The notes beneath the pieces were generated by a model. That model saw only the letters and a program-made list of their open reading frames with translations, was not told where the DNA came from and did no database searches. The position numbers and the translations under genes are program-made. A stretch of DNA of 64,000 nucleotides from positions 19,036,001 to 19,100,000 of the forward strand of contig NC_086097.1 in NCBI RefSeq assembly GCF_963921235.1, in the 5' to 3' direction. Origin of the DNA: Mobula hypostoma. Its lineage: Eukaryota. Below are positions 50,625-63,264 of this stretch, piece after piece; within the stretch, counting starts at the first letter, position 1; each line of letters starts with the position of its first letter.

Positions 50625-51910
50625 ATCAGAGCCAGAATCAAACTCACATTTACTGTCACTGAAATTTGCTTTCTGACAGCCCCACAGTGAAATACATGAA
50701 ATATTATTCTAAGTTACCTTAACAAATATTTAACCCTTACATACTGTTCGGGTCAAATTTGACCTTTGTCAGCAGTAAAAACACCCTAAATGCCATTTTT
50801 TTAGCCGAAATTTGATGACTTTTCCTAAAGTGACCCAAAATGTGCAAAAATGAAAATATTTAAAAATTTTAAACATTTGTACAGGTGCTACAAATTTTTG
50901 TGCATTGAGCTGTTCCAGGTCAAATTTGACCCGTATCTATTGAAATGGATTTTAGATCTCTGAAACATTAATTAAGGATTAATCACCCATTTACTAATGT
51001 CAGATAGGCTATTTATACATTCTAAATAGATCTGTGGTTCAAAATTTGGTATAGACACTTGTTATGAGGGGATTCTTGGGCCAGGTCAAAATTGACCCAG
51101 ACCGTACTGTGAAGGTATAGAATATGAACAGGTTGCCTGGATTAAAAAAAACAGTAAGTTGAACAAAAAGAACAAAAAGTAAGATAGTGTTCATGGTTTC
51201 ATGGTCCATTCAGAAATCTGATGGCAAAGGAAAAAGAAGTTGTTTCTAAAACATGAGGCTTCTACACCACCTCCTTGATGGTATCAAGAAGAAGAGGGCT
51301 TACCTTAGATGGTGAGAGTTCTGAATTATGGATACCATCTTCTTGAGACATCACCTATCGAAGACGTCCTCAAGGCTGAAGAAACTATTTCCCATGATGG
51401 ACTTGGCTGAAGTTAGAACCCTCTGTTGCTTTTTCTGATCCTGTGAGTGCGCCCTCCATGCCACATAGTGGCGGAACCAGTACATCTGTAGAAATTTGCA
51501 AGAGATTTTGGTGACATACCAAATCTACTCAAACTCCTAATGTAATATGGCTGCCAGTGTGCCTTCTTTGTAATTGCATCAATGTGTTGGGCCCAAGATG
51601 GATCTTCAGAGGTGTTGACACCCAGGGACTTGAAGTTGCTCACCTTTGTCACTTCTGATCCCTCAAGGAGAACTATTGCGTATTCTTCCAATTTCCCCGT
51701 CTTGAAGTCCACAATCAATTCCTTGGTCTTAATGGCATTGAGTGCAAGGCCATTGAATTTATAGATGGCATTTAAGATGTGCCTAGCCACACAGCCATTA
51801 ATGTTAAGGGAGTAGAGCAGTGAGCTAAACACACATTCTTGAGGTGCACCTGAGTTGATTGTCAGCAAAGAGGAGATGTTACTTCCAAGCCTCACTGACT
51901 GTGATCTCCA
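50625..51910 (-). mobile_element. Rex1/Babar 3' fragment hosting a piggyBac MITE
   Basis: ORF 51413-51895 (GAPQECVFSSLLYSL, KTKELIVDF); 3' UTR continuous across 50734-51141. Confidence 0.8.
50734..51141. mobile_element. piggyBac-type MITE
   Basis: TTAA flanks at 50730-50733 and 51142-51145; CCC start and degenerate right TIR; three GGTCAAA(T/A)TTGACC palindromes. Confidence 0.7.
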
Positions 51911-52734
51911 ATCTGCAATTGTAGGCTGTCCCGAGGATCAAAGTTATTACAGGGGAAAGGATTGTGCCAGATAGAAACTGGTTAAAAACCTTCCTGTTCC
52001 TATCGTCAGGTGACGTTGGCTGGAGAAGATGGTTAACACTTACCAAACCAATGACTAGTTTTTACTCAGGTACCTGCGTTTCTGAGGCACTTAGAGTTCA
52101 AACTTCAAAGGTCAAATTTATTATCAAAGTATATATGCAATATACTACCTGGAGATTCATCTACTTGCTGGCACCGATAAAACAAAGAAATATAACAAAA
52201 AGTCCTCAACACTTTAACCTGACGACGCTTTAATCAGTGTGGATTAATGGAGCTGAGCACGGGTTCACTTTCTGCTCTTGGCCCTTGACACAGCGTCCAC
52301 CCCAGTGATGCAGCTAGGCAGCTTTTCTTGAGAATGCTCACCATGCCTCATGGCATCAAAAAGGCTGCTTTGAGCCCCTCTCGGGGACACGTGCTTCTTT
52401 TAGAAGGAGCACATTTACTGAGTGTACCTTGCCTCGTTCCAGTGCCTTGACTTTGAATCGGTTGTTTACAATTGATTTTCATCCCAGTCATCTGGGACGT
52501 TTATCAGTGGCCTACTTAAAGGGAAGCTACAAGGGATCGAACTGGTGCAGTAGCCTTTAGGACCGGGTTATTGATGGTAGGAAAAACCCATGGAAGAAGT
52601 GACTGGGCTGTCTCAATTCAAGTACTGATCATCTTGCAGAGGTGCCCCCAATTTAGCATGATCCATTGGTGTTGACTAGAAATTAAAAGATATGACTAAT
52701 AGACTAGAAACAGGCAGACAGTATATCCCACTTG

Positions 52735-53000
52735 TCTCTAACTTCACCCTCCCTCCCTGGCCCCAACTCGATCCATCTGTCTCAACTTACTCTTCGCTGC
52801 CTCCATCTTCACCATTCCTCAGTCCTGCCTCACCACACCCACTCACCTCTTCATACTGGCGATCTGCCCTCTCTCCTCTCAGTCCAAGATACAGGGCTTT
52901 GACCCAATATGTTGACAATTCCCCCTTCCAACCCACGGATGCTGCTCGGCCAGCAGAACCCCTTTGCAGATTGTCTGTTGCACCGCTTCCCAGCATCTGA
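52735..53000 (+). mobile_element. Old Penelope-like 3' end
   Basis: Pyrimidine-rich UTR, decayed hammerhead cagtccaagatacagggctttgacccaatatgttgac, gatgctgctcggccagcag. Confidence 0.55.
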
Positions 53001-53171
53001 AAGTGTCCCAATTATATCCAACCATAGCAGAGGGAGGAAAGAATCTGAGCCAATCTGAATCAGGTGAAGTTTGTTGTTTTCCAGCAGCGCTATAGTGCAA
53101 AGACATTAAATTTGCTGTAAATTACAAAATAAATTAATAGTACTGTAGAAAAGGAATATTGAGGTGGTGTT

Positions 53172-53268
53172 GCACACACAAAATGCTGGAGGAACTCAGC
53201 AAGCCAGCCAACATATATGGAAAAAAATTACAGGCAACATTTTGGGCCAAAACCCTTTGGCAGGACTG
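53172..53268 (-). mobile_element. Penelope-like pLTR fragment
   Basis: acacacaaaatgctggaggaactcagc...aacattttgggccaaaaccctttggcaggactg. Confidence 0.65.
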
Positions 53269-53284
53269 TAGTGTTAAGGTACAG

Positions 53285-56110
53285 GCTGAATATCAAAACA
53301 TTAGGGGTGCAGAATCAGAAAGGAGAGCAAATACGGTACTCAAGGTGTTGTATCTAAATGCGCGTAGTATAAGAAGTAAGGTGGATGATCTTGTTGCACT
53401 ATTACAGGTTGTCAGGTATGATGTTGTGGCCATCACTGAATCGTGGCTGAAGGATGATTGTAGTTGGGAGCTGAATGTCCAAGGTTACACGTTATATCAG
53501 AGGGATAGGAAGGTAGGCAGAGGGGGTGGCGTGGCACTACTGGTAAAGAATGGCATCAAATCAACAGAAAGGTGTGACAAAGGATCGGAAGATGCTGAAT
53601 CCTTGTGGATTAAGTTAAGAAACTGCAAGGGTAAAAGGATGTTGATGGCAGTTGTATACAGGCCTCCCAACAGTGGCTGGGAGGTGGACCACAGACTACA
53701 ACAGGAAATAGAAAAGGTGAGTCAAAAGGGCAATGTTATGGTAACCATGGGAGATTTTAACATGCACGTCAATTGGGAAAATCAGGTTGGTAATGGATCT
53801 CAAGAATGTGAGTTTGCTGAATGCCTGAGAGATGGTTTGTTGTTGAGCCTACTGGGGGATCAGCTATAATCAATTGGGTGTTATGTAATGAACCGGGGGC
53901 GATTAAGGAGCTTCAGGTAAAAGACCCGTTCGGAACCAGTGATCACAATATGATTGAGTTCAACTTGAAGTTTGATAGGGAGAAAGTAAAGTCTGATATT
54001 GCAGTATTTCAGTGGAGTAAGAGAAATTGCAGTGGTACAAGAGAGGAGTCGGCCAAAGTAAATTGGAAGGAGCTGCTGGCAAGGATGTCAGCAGAGCAGT
54101 AATGGCGTGCGTTTCTGGGAAAAATGAGGAAGGTGCAGGACACATGTGTTCCAAAAATGAAGAAATACTCAAGTGGTAAAATAGTACAACCATGGCTGAC
54201 AAGGGATAGGACTAGGAAGTTTTAATAAACCTGCAGAGAGCAACTAAAAAAAATCATTAGAAGGGAAAAGATTAAATATAAAAGCAAGCTAGCAAATAAT
54301 AACAAAGTGGATAGTGAAAGTTTTTTCAGGTACGTTAAAAATAAAAGAGAAAGGAGAGTGGATATAGGTCCACTAGAAAATGAGGCAGGAGAAATAATAA
54401 CAGGGGACAAGGAGATGGCTGATGAATTAAATGAGTATTTTTCATCAGTCTTCACTGTGGAAGACACTAGCAGCATGTCTGATGTTGTAGTGTGTGAAAG
54501 AAGAGAAGTGAATGCAGTTACTATTACAAGAGAGAAGGTGCTCAAAAAGCTGAAAGACCTAAAGGTACATAAGTCACCTGCACCCTGGGGTTCTGAAAGG
54601 GGTAGCGTTAGAGATTGTGGTGGCATTAGAAATGATCTTTCAAAAATCATTGGACTATGGCATGGTGCCAGAGGACTGGAAAACTGCAAATGTCATTCCA
54701 CTCTTTAAGAAAGGAGGAAGGCAGCAGAAAGGAAATTATAGACCAGTTAGCCTGACCTCAGTGGTTGGGAAGATGTTAGAGTCTATTGTTAAGGGTGAGG
54801 TGATGGAGTACTTGGTGACACAGGACGAGATAGTACAAAGTCAGCATGGTTTCCTTGAGGGAAAATCCTGCCTGACGAATCTGTTGGAATTCTTTGAGGA
54901 GATTACAAGTAGGATAGATAAAGGGGATGCAGTGGATGTTGTATATTTGTACTTTCAGAAGGCCTTTGACAAGGCACCACGCATGAAATTAAGAGCCCAT
55001 GGTATGAGAGGAAAGTTTCTAACATGGTTAGAGGACTGATTGATTGGTAGGAGGCAGCAAGTGGGGAAAAAAGAGATCTTTTTCTGGATGGCTGCTAGTG
55101 ACTAGTGGTGATCTGCAGTGGTTGGTGTTGGGACCATTTTTTTATGCTGCCTATAAATGATTTAGATGATGGAATAAATGGCCTTTTTCCCAAGTTTGCA
55201 GATGATACAAAGATTGTTGGAGGGCAGGCAGTGTTCAGGAAACAGGTAGGATTCAAAAGGACTTAGACAGATTAGGAGAATGGGCAAGAAAGTGGCAAAT
55301 TAAATACAATGTTGGAAGGTGCATGTTCATGCACTTTGGTAGTAGAAATAAATGTGCGAACTATTTTCTAAATGGGGATAAAATCCAAAAATCTGAGATG
55401 CAGAGGGACTTTGAATTCCTTGTGCAGAACACCCTAAAGGTTAACTTGCAGGTTGAGTCAGTGGTGAGGAAGGCAAATGCCATGTTAGCATTCATTTCAA
55501 GAGGTCTAGAATACAAGAGCACGAATGTGATGCTGAGATTTTATAAGGCACTGGTGAGGCCTCACCTTGAGTATTGTGAACAGTTTTGGGCCCCTCATCT
55601 GACATTGGAGAGGGTCCAGAGGAGTTTCACAACGATGATTCCAAGAATGAAAGGGTTATCATACGAGGATACGAGGATGGCTCTGTGACTGTACTCGCTG
55701 GAATTCAGAAGGATGAGGGGGGATCTCATTGAAAACTTTCAAATGTTGAAAGGCCTAGACGGAGAGGATGGGAAAGGATGTTTCCCATGGTGGGAGGGTC
55801 TAAGACAAGAGGACACAGCCTCAGGATAAAGGGGTGCCCTTTCAAAACAGAGATACGGAAAAATTTCTTTAGCCAAAGGGTGGTGAATTTGGGGAATTTG
55901 TTGCCACATGCAGCTGTGGAGGCCAGGTCGTTGGGTGTATTTAAGGCAGAGATTGATAGGTTCTTGATTGGACATGGCATCACAGTTTACGGGGAGAAGG
56001 CCAGGAACTGGGGTTGAGGAGGAGAAAAAAAGGATCAGCCATGATTAAATGGTGGAGCAGACTCGATAGGCCAGATGGCCCAATTCTGCTCCCATGTCTT
56101 ATGGTCTTAT
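53285..56110 (+). mobile_element. CR1 LINE ORF2, decayed
   Basis: LNARSIRSK, ITESWL, VYRPP, GDFN, NYRPVSLTS, QKAFDK, VRPHLEYC; cttatggt tail. Confidence 0.92.
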
Positions 56111-56754
56111 GGTAGTGTTCATGGGTTTAGGGACCATTCAAAAATCTGATGGTGGAGGGGAAAAAACTGTTCCCTAGATCACTGTATGGGTCTTCGAGCT
56201 CTAGACCTCCTCCCTAATAGTAGTAATGAGAAGAGAACGGGTCCTGAATGGTGAGGACCCTTAATGATGGATGTCAGCTATGTGAGGCACCACCTCTTGA
56301 AGATGCCCTTGATGGTGGGAAGGGTAGGTTGTAAATAGATCGTAAAGTTTAGAAAGCTAATCTTATAGTGGTGACTATAATTAGTATTAGTCTATTATTG
56401 TCATATGTTCCAAGGTACAGTGAAATGCTTGCCTTGCAGACTCAAATCATTACACAATGTGCTGAGGCAGAACAAGATAAAGCAATAACAATTTTGCAGA
56501 ATAAAGTGTGAAAGTGACAGAGCAAGGGCAGTGCAAGTGAACTATAAAGTACAAGATCATAATGAGGTGGATTATGAGGTCAAGAAAACATCTTATTGTA
56601 CAAGAGGTTCATTTAGGAGCCTGATAACAGCAGAAAAGAAGCTGTTCTACCATTGACCTCTTCCATCTATCACCTCCCAGCTTCTCACTTCATTCCCCTT
56701 CTGCCACCCACCTACCTTCCCCCTTACCTGGTTTCACCTGTCACCGCTATCCCG

Positions 56755-57472
56755 TTACATGTGCATGCCTTGCTTAAAATAAAAAATGAACTCACGTGAG
56801 TTGTCTCCCAGCTTGCTTGTTTTCCTTTCAATTAGTTTTTATGTTTTGATGATGAGGAAATGTTAAATGAACCCGAAATGACTACCTACATGTTAAAGCA
56901 CAGTGAGAAATTCGAGTTTTAAAAAAAAGCACAGCGAGATGGTCAAGGTAAAAGAAGCACAGCACATTATTTTTATTCTTTGGAGCAGTATGTTCTCTTC
57001 ACAAAAGGAAACATAGCCGAGTTTTTTTTTAAAAAGGGCAGGAAATGGAAGAATTCGTGGATTTGAAAACAGTGAGTCCCAGGTGATAAGAACCATTAAA
57101 GGAAGAGCAGAAATAACTGGCTACATTGTAAAGATTAGTGCATTTGATGACGTGCCTGATAACTAGATACGGTATATTGTGATTGGAACAGATTGAGCAA
57201 TATTTTAATGAAAATGGAATAGCCAATGTGAAACAAGTACCAGTTATACTGAGTGCTGTTTGTTTATAGGTTTAACTGCTCCAACCAAACCAGCTGAAAT
57301 GAGCTTTGCTGATATCATGAAAGTAATGCAGGAACATTTAGAACCAAAACCATTGTTGATTGCAGAATGCTTTCAGTTTCATAAGCCGAATCAAAAGGAG
57401 GGGAAGTCCATTTCAGTGCATGTGGCTGAATTGAAGAGATTGCCTAAGCATTGTCAGTTCCATGATGGGCTT
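56755..57472 (+). mobile_element. Gypsy LTR retrotransposon remnant (LTR end and gag)
   Basis: LTAPTKPAEMSFADIMKVMQEHLEPKPLLIAECFQFHKPNQKEGKSISVHVAELKRL resembles Gypsy gag. Confidence 0.75.
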
Positions 57473-57479
57473 CATGGGA

Positions 57480-57945
57480 AGAAAAAGATATATATAAATT
57501 AAAATAAGTAGTCCAAAAAGAAACCTACAAAGAATAGTAAGGTCGTGCACATGGATTCATTGTCCATTCAGGTATCTGTTGGCAGAAGGGAAGAAGCTGT
57601 TCCTATAACATTGAGTGTGTGTCTTCAGGCTCCTAAACTGCCTCCTTGACAGTACCAATGGGAAAGGGACATGTGCTGGGTGATGGGGATGCAGCTTTTT
57701 CAAGATGTCTTCAGTGCTGGGAGATTACTGCCTTTAATAGAGCTGGCTGATTTTACAACTTTCTGCAGTGGCCCCTCCATACCAGACGGCAATACAACTA
57801 GTTATAATGCTCTCTATGGTATATCTGTAGATATTTGTAGGTGTCTTTAGAGGCATACCAAATCTCCTCAATGAAATATAGCCACTGTTGTGCCTTTGTA
57901 ATTGCATCAGTATGTTGGGCCCAGGATAGATCCTCAATGATGCTT
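57480..57945 (-). mobile_element. Rex1/Babar 3' fragment
   Basis: YRYTIESIITSCIAVWYG motif. Confidence 0.75.
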
Positions 57946-57947
57946 AC

Positions 57948-59460
57948 ATAGGACCTATCAAGTGTGACAGTGGGAAAGTGTGTATGGAACCGGAGGAAAC
58001 AGCAGAGGTACTTAATGAATACTTTACTTCAGTATTCACTATGGAAAAGGATCTTGGTGATTGTAGTGATTACTTGCAGCAGACTGAAAAGCTTGAGCAT
58101 GTAGATATTAAGAAAGAGGATGTGCTGGAGCTTTTGGAAAGCATCAAGTTGGATAAGTTGGCTGAGGGATTGGAGCAGGGGGCAGGGATTCAGATTTCTG
58201 GATCACTGGGACCTCTTTTGGGGCAGGTGTGAACTGTACAAAAAGGACGGGTTGCACCTGAATCCCAAGGGGACCAATATCCTGACGGGGATGTTTGCTA
58301 AGGCTACTGGGGAGAGTTGAAACTAGAATTGTTGGGGGGATGGGAACCAAACTGAAGAGACTGAGGAAGAGGCGTTTGGCTCACAAATAGAGAAAGCTTG
58401 GAGATAATGCAAGAGGGAGGATAGGCAGGTGATAGAGAAGGAACGCGCTCAGATGGACGGTTTGCGATGTGTCTATTTTAACGCAAGGAGTATTGTGAGC
58501 AAAGCGGATGAACTTAGAGCATGGATCAGTACTTCGAACTATGATGTGGTGGCCATTACAGAGAATTGGATGGCTCAGGGACAGGAATGGTTACTTCAAG
58601 TGCCAGGTTTTAGATGTTTCAGAAAGAACAGAAAGGGAGGGAGGCAAAATAGGTGGGGGCGTGGCACTGTTGATCAGAGATAGTGTCATGGCTGCAGAAA
58701 AGATGGACACCATGGAGGGATTTGCTACGGAGTCTCTGTGGGTTGAGTTTAGGAACAGGAAGGGGCCAATAACTTTACTGGGTGATTTTTATAGGCCACC
58801 CAATAGTAACACGGATATCAAGGAGCAGATAGGGAAACAGATCCTGGAAAGATGTAATAATAACAGAGTTATCATGATAGGAGATTTTAATTTCCCAAAT
58901 ATCGATTGGCATCTCCCTAGAGCAAGGGATTTAGATGGGGTGGAGTTTGTTAGGTGTGTTCAGGAAGGTTTCTTGACACAATGTGTAGATAAGCCTACAA
59001 GAGGAGATTTGGTATTGGGAAATGAACCTGGTCAGGTGTCAGATCTCACAGTGGGAGAGCATTTTGGAGATAGTGATCTTAATTCTATCTCCTTTACAGT
59101 AGCATTGGAGAGAGATAGGAACAGACAAGTTAGAAAAGCGTTTAATTGGAGTAAGGGGAATTATGAGGCTATCAGGCAGGAAATTGGAAGCTTAAATTGG
59201 GAACAGATGTTCTCAGTGAAAAGTATGGAAGAAATGTGGCAAATGTTCGGGGATATTTGTGTGGAGTTCTGCATAGGTATGTTCCAATGAGACAGGGAAG
59301 TTATGGTAGGATACAGGAACCGTGGTGTACAAAGGCTGCAATAAATCTAGTCAAGAAGAAAAGAAAAGCTTACAAAAGGTTCAGAGAGTTAGGTAATGTT
59401 AGGGATCTAGAAGATTATAAGGCTAACAGGAAGGAGCTTAAAAAGGAAATTAGGACAGCC
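57948..59460 (+). mobile_element. CR1 LINE (ORF1 end and APE), host of the 59461-63264 insertion
   Basis: WLRDWSRGQGFRFLDHW...DGLHLNPKG, FNARSIVSK, YRPP, GDFNFPNIDW; resumes at 63265. Confidence 0.88.
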
Positions 59461-62400
59461 AGAAACATAGAAACATAGAAACATAGAAAATAGGTGCAGG
59501 AGTAGGCCATTCGGCCCTTCGAGCCTGCACCGCCATTTATTATGATCATGGCTGATCATCCAACTCAGAACCCAGCCTTCCCTCCATACCCCCTGACCCC
59601 TGTAGCCACAAGGGCCATATCTAACTTCCTTTTAAACATAGCTAATGAACTGGCCTCAACAGTTTGCTGTGGCAGAGAATTCCACAGATTCACCACTCTC
59701 TGTGTGAAGAAGTTTTTCCTAACCTCGGTCCTAAAAGGCTTCTCCTCTATCCTCAAACTGTGACCCCTCGTTCTAGACCTCCCCAACATCGGGAACAATC
59801 TTCCCGCATCTAGCCTGTCCAATCCCTTTAGGATCTTATACGTTTCAATCAGATCCCCCCTCAATCTTCTAAATTCCAACGAGTACAAGCCCAGTTCATC
59901 CAGTCTTTCTTCATATGAAAGACCTGCCATCCCAGGAATCAATCTGGTGAACCTTCTTTGTACTCCCTCTATGGCAAAGATGTCTTTCCTCAGATTAGGG
60001 GACCAAAACTGCACACAATACTCCAGGTGTGGTCTCACCAAGGCCTTGTACAACTGCAGTAGTACCTCCCTGCTCCTGTACTCGAATCCTCTCGCTATAA
60101 ATGCCAGCATACCGTTCGCCTTTTTCACCGCCTGCTGTACCTACATGCCCACTTTCAATGACTGGTGTATAATGACACCCAGGTCTCGTTGCATCTCCCC
60201 TTTTCCTAATCGGCCACCATTCAGATAATAATCTGTTTTCCTATTTTTGCCACCAAAGTGGATAACTTCACATTTATCCACATTAAATTGCATCTGCCAT
60301 GAGTTTGCCCACTCACCCAACCTATCCAAGTCACCCTGCATCCTCTTAGCATCCTCCTCACTGCTAACACTGCCACCCAGCTTTGTGTCATCCGCAAACT
60401 TGGAGATGCTGCATTTAATTCCCTCATCCAAGTCATTAATATATATTGTAAACAACTGGGGTCCCAGCACTGAGCCTTGCGGTACCCCACTAGTCACCAC
60501 CTGCCATTCTGAAAAGGTCCCGTTTATTCCCACTCTTTGCTTCCTGTCTGCTAACCAATTCTCCACCCACACCAATACCTTACCCCCAATACCGTGTGCT
60601 TTAAGTTTGCACACTAATCTCCTGTGTGGGACCTTGTCAAAAGCCTTTTGAAAATCCAAATATACCACATCCACTGGTTCTCCCCTATCCACTCTACTAG
60701 TTACATCCTCAAAAAATTCTATGAGATTCGTCAGACATGATTTTCCTTTCACAAATCCATGCTGACTTTGTCCGATCATTTCACCGCTTTCCAAATGTGC
60801 TGTTATCACATCCTTGATAACTGACTCCAGCAGTTTCCCCACCACCGACGTTAGGCTAACCGGCCTATAATTCCCCGGTTTCTCTCTCCCTCCTTTTTTA
60901 AAAAGTGGGGTTACATTAGCCACCCTCCAATCCTCAGGAACTAGTCCAGAATCTAACGAGTTTTGAAAAATTATCACTAATGCATCCACTATTTCTTGGG
61001 CCACTTCCTTAAGCACTCTGGGATGCAGACCATCTGGCCCTGGGGATTTATCTGCCTTCAATCGCTTCAATTTACCTAACACCACTTCCCTACTAACATG
61101 TATTTCGCTCAGTTCCTCCATCTCACTGGACCCTCTGTCCCTTACTATTTCTGGAAGATTATTTATGTCCTCCTTAGTGAAGACAGAACCAAAGTAATTA
61201 TTCAATTGGTCTGCCATGTCCTTGCTCCCCATAATCAATTCACCTGTTTCTGTTTGCAGGGGACCTACATTTGTCTTTATCAGTCTTTTCCTTTTTACAT
61301 ATCTATAAAAGCTTTTACAGTCCGTTGTTATGTTCTCTGCCAGTTTTCTCTCATAATCTTTTTTCCCCTTCCTAATTAAGCCCTTTGTCCTCCTCTGCTG
61401 AACTCTGAATTTCTCCCAGTCCTCAGGTGAGCCACTTTCTCTGGCTAATTTGTATGCTACTTCTTTGGAATTGATACTATCCCTAATTTCTCTTGTCAGC
61501 CACGGGTGCACTACCTTCCTTGATTTATTCTTTTGCCAAACTGGGATGAACAATTGTTGTAGTTCATCCATGCAACCTTTAAATGCCTGCCATTGCATAT
61601 CCACCGTCAATCCTTGAAGTGTCATTTGCCAGTCTATCTTAGCTAATTCACGTCTCATACCTTCAAAGTTACCCCTCTTTAAGTTCAGAACCTTTGTTTC
61701 TGAATTAACCACGTCACTCTCCATGTTAATGAAGAATTCCACCATATTATGGTCACTCTTACCCAAGGGGCCTCTCACGACAAGATCGCTAATTAACCCT
61801 TCCTCATTGCTCAAAACCCAGTCCAGAATAGCCTGCTCTCTAGTCGGTTCCTCGACATGTTGGTTCAAAAAACCATCCCGCATACATTCCAAGAAATCCT
61901 CTTCCTCAGCACCTTTACCAATTTGGTTCACCCAGTCTACATGTAGATTGAAGTCACCCATTATAACTGCTGTTCCTTTATTGCACACATTTCTAATTTC
62001 CTGTTTAATACCATCTCCGACCTCACTACTACTGTTAGGTGGCCTGTACACAACTCCCACCAGCGTCTTCTGCCTCTTAGTGTTACGCAGCTCTACCCAT
62101 ATCGATTCCACATCTTCCCGGCTTATGTCCTTCCTTTCTATTGCGTTAATCTCTTTTTTAACCAGCAACGCCACCCCACCTCCCCTTCCTTCATGTCTAT
62201 CCCTCCTGAATATTGAATATCCCTGAACGTTGAGCTCCCATCCCTGGTCACCCTGGAGCCATGTCTCTGTGATCCCAACTATATCATAATCATTAATAAC
62301 AATCTGCACTTTCAATTCATCCACCTTATTACGAATGCTCCTTGCATTGACACATAAAGCCTTCAGGCGTTCTTTTACAACTCTCTTAGCCCTTTTTAAT

Positions 62401-63264
62401 GCTTGCCCTGGATTTGTCGGCCTGCCACTTTTACTTTTCCCCTTTGTACTTTTTGCTTCTACGCTCACTTTACACCCCTCTGTCTCTCTGCACTGGTTCC
62501 CATCCCTCTGTTGTGAACTAACCTCCTCACACCTAGCCACTTTAATTTGATTCCCACCCCCCAACCATTCTAGTTTAAAGTCACCTCAGTAGCCCCCGCT
62601 AATCTCCCTGCCAGGATATTGGTCCCCCTAGGATTTAAGTGTAACCCGTCCTTTTTGTACAGGTCACACCTGCGCCAAAAGAGGTCCCAATGATCCAAAA
62701 ACTTGAATCCCTGCCCCCTGCTCCAATCCCTCAGCCACGCATTTATCCTCCACCTCATCGCATTCCTACTCTCACTGTCGCGTGGCACAGGCAGTAATCC
62801 CGAGATTACTATCTTTGCGGTCCTTTTTCTCAACTCCCTTCCTAGCTCCCTATATTCTTCTTTCAGGACCTCATCCCTTTTCCTACCTATGTCATTGGTA
62901 CCTATATGTACCAGGACCTCTGGCTCTTCACCCTCCCACTTCAGGATATCTTGGACACGATCAGAAATATCCCGGACCCTGGCACCAGGGAGGCAAACTA
63001 CCATCCGAGTCTCTGGACTGCGTCCACAGAATCGCCTATCTGACCCCCTTACTATCGAGTCCCCTATCACAACTGCCCTCCTCTTCCTTGCCCTACCCTT
63101 CTGAGCTACAGGGCCAGACTCTGTGCCGGAGGCAGGGCCACTGTCGCTCCCCCCGGGTAAGCTGTCCCCCCCAACAGTACTCAAACAGGAGTACCTGTTG
63201 TTAAGGGGCACAGCCGCCGGGGTACTCCCCATCACCTGCCTCTTCCCCTTCCCCCTCCTAACCG
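59461..63264 (-). mobile_element. Young CR1 LINE: partial esterase ORF1 and complete ORF2 with one nonsense codon
   Basis: ORF2 frame runs 62564 to 59565 with only a TAG at 60141-60143; ORF1 motifs GDSIVRG, HIGTND, DGLHLN; (tagaaaca)n tail. Confidence 0.96.

Noticed and set aside
50751..50764. Oestrogen response element
   Set aside because: Spacer is 4 nt rather than 3, and the site is part of a MITE
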